34,638 nt of DNA from Octopus sinensis (lineage: Eukaryota), in NCBI RefSeq assembly GCF_006345805.1, contig NW_021832081.1, positions 1-34,638 on the forward strand, read 5' to 3'. The notes under the pieces are model-generated. The model was not told where the DNA came from, ran no database searches, and saw only the letters and a program-made list of their open reading frames with translations. Position 1 is the stretch's first letter; the number at the start of each line of letters is the position of its first letter. Shown here one piece after another: positions 32,575 to 34,638 of the stretch. The position numbers and the translations under genes were made by a program.

Positions 32575-32736
32575 CAGTCCATCACAGCGTTACCCATTTT
32601 TGCCAGCTGAGTGGACTTGAACAACGTGAAATGAAGTGTTTTGCTCAAGAACACAACGCGTCACCCGGTCCAGGAATCGAAACCACAATCATGCGATCAT
32701 GATGCTGACACCCTAACCACTAAGCCACAGGCCTCC
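32575..32736 (-). mobile_element. SINE family C, 5' part
   Basis: Homologous to 9036-9197. Confidence 0.8.
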
Positions 32737-32738
32737 AC

Positions 32739-33390
32739 AATGGCTCAGTGGTAAGAGTATCAGGCTCCCAATCATGAGGTCGTGGGTTCGATTTTTGAAC
32801 TGGGCAGTGTGTTGTGTTCTTGGGCAAGACACTTCATCTCACGTTGTTCCAGTTCACTCATCTGCAGAAATGAGTTGCGACGTCACTGGTGCCAAGCTGT
32901 ATCGGCCCCTTTGCCTTTCCCTGGGATAACATCGACGGCATGGAGAGGGGAGGCTGGTGTGCATGGGCAACTGGTGGTCTTCCATAAACAACCTTGCCTG
33001 GACTTGTGCCTCGCAGGAGAACTTTCTCGATGCAATTCCATGGTCATGCATGACCGAAGGTGGACTTCACCCTTTACCCAATGTACATATAATGGCATGG
33101 AGAGGGGAGGCTGGTATGCATGAGTGACTGCTGGTCTTCGACAAAGACCTTTGCCCATATTTGTGCCTTGGAGGGGAACTTTTGTAGGTGGAATCCCACG
33201 GTCATGCATGACTGAAGGGGATCATTTACCCTTTACCCTATATACATATAATGGTGTGGAGAGGGGCGGCTGGTATGCATGGGCAACTGCTAGTCTTCCA
33301 TAAGCAACACTGTACGGAATTGTACCTTGGAGGGGAATCTTCTAGATGCAATCCCATGGTCATGCATGACCGAAGGGGGCCTTTTTTTTA
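32739..33390 (+). mobile_element. SINE family D with triplicated ~158-bp tail
   Basis: Head TGGCTCAGTGG...GGGTTCGATT; tail units start at 32937, 33094 and 33253. Confidence 0.88.
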
Positions 33391-33599
33391 TGGGCTTCAG
33401 AAGAGATTGTGAGCCATTTTAGGGCCTTCCTCTCAATGACAGCATTACTGCACACTGCCCACTGAAATGAGGGCTCTTTTGCTAGGTCATCTGGTAACTA
33501 GGCTTCACTCAGTTTTCTTCTGCGTATTACTCATCATCAGCTGTTTCATCGAATCTATATCTACACTAATATATAGATCACACACACACACACACACGT

Positions 33600-33730
33600 A
33601 CACATACAGATGATAGACAAACAGACAGACAGATGGACGGGCGGACAGACAGACAGATGGACAGATATATAAAGAGACAGACAGACAGAAATAGATGGAG
33701 AGATAAATAAATGGACAGACAGACAGACGG

Positions 33731-33764
<34 letters not shown>

Positions 33765-33777
33765 AGACAGACAGACG

Positions 33778-33832
<55 letters not shown>

Positions 33833-33889
33833 GGACGGACGGACGGACGGACGGACAGACAGACAGACAGACAGACAGGTAGGTAGATC

Positions 33890-33935
<46 letters not shown>

Positions 33936-33944
33936 TAGATAGAT

Positions 33945-34001
<57 letters not shown>

Positions 34002-34110
34002 TAGATAGATAGAGAGAAATAATAGATAGATAGATAGATAGATAGATAGAGAGAGAGATAGATAGATGGATGGATGGATTTATACATACAGATGGATAGA
34101 TACATATATA
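33600..34110. repeat. (GACA/GACG/GATA)n microsatellite
   Basis: Directly visible. Confidence 0.95.
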
Positions 34111-34316
34111 CATAGATACGTGTGCGCAAATACAGATATACGCACAAAAATACGACACAAGTTCGCCATGGTTTCTGTTATCGGTACACAACAACCCTAC
34201 GCATTACTGCTGATGCTGTGCAAGTCTGGAGACGAGATGGGGTCTGCTTCAAAAGCTGCTGCCCTTCTTGTAAAGTGCGGATGTAATACGACGCCGCCGT
34301 TCAAGATTCTCGTAAA

Positions 34317-34638
34317 TACATAAGACAATAGGATGTGTTTTGAAGATTTGACTGCTATTTCTAGCAGGTCTAGCAACCATGTAGAGGTCAGCCTCATTGG
34401 CTCATACGAAGACACACACACAACACCACACACACACACACACACAACAGTAGATCGTGATTTGAGGGAGATTTGGTTGCTATTTCTAGCTGCTCCAGCT
34501 ACCAATGTGGAGGTCTCCCTCATTGGCTCATACATACATAAGACAGTAGTGTGATTTGAGGGAGATTTGGTTGCTATTTCTAGCAGGTCCAGCTATCAAT
34601 GTGGAGGTCTCCCTCATTGGCTCATACATACGACAGTA
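34317..34638 (+). repeat. Tandem ~94-bp units of a dispersed repeat (family E)
   Basis: gtgatttgagggagatttgg at 34457 and 34551, with a diverged unit from ~34320; monomers also at ~22045, ~23935 and ~27000 (minus). Confidence 0.8.

Overview
AT-rich, microsatellite-saturated eukaryotic non-coding DNA. The SINE/LINE/microsatellite landscape looks like an Octopus-type (coleoid cephalopod) genome; this is inferred from recalled repeat families, not a database hit. I cannot support any host protein-coding gene. Nearly all long ORFs in the track are microsatellite translations, and the only recognisable peptides are retroelement relics: a Penelope-like RT (20060-20518, minus), RTE-clade LINE C-termini (301-390, 4391-4594, 5044-5443, ~14040-14126) and a restriction-like-endonuclease LINE C-terminus (~24950-25285, minus). 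The window also holds at least five tRNA-derived SINE families (informal labels A-D and F), non-autonomous Helitrons (one a 3-unit tandem array), TTAA-, TA- and 8-bp-TSD MITEs and a fold-back element. The most interesting signal is hidden RNA structure in the repeats. (1) Five minimal hammerhead-like motifs from four unrelated Penelope-type repeats, all with an extra base after A9. One sits beside the Penelope RT in a fold-back whose other arm lacks exactly the catalytic core. (2) A covarying H-type pseudoknot repeated in RTE 3' modules. (3) A partial HDV-like fold at an RTE 5' end. (4) SINEs amplified as head-body-body multimers with a fixed junction. All folds were derived by eye and are untested.
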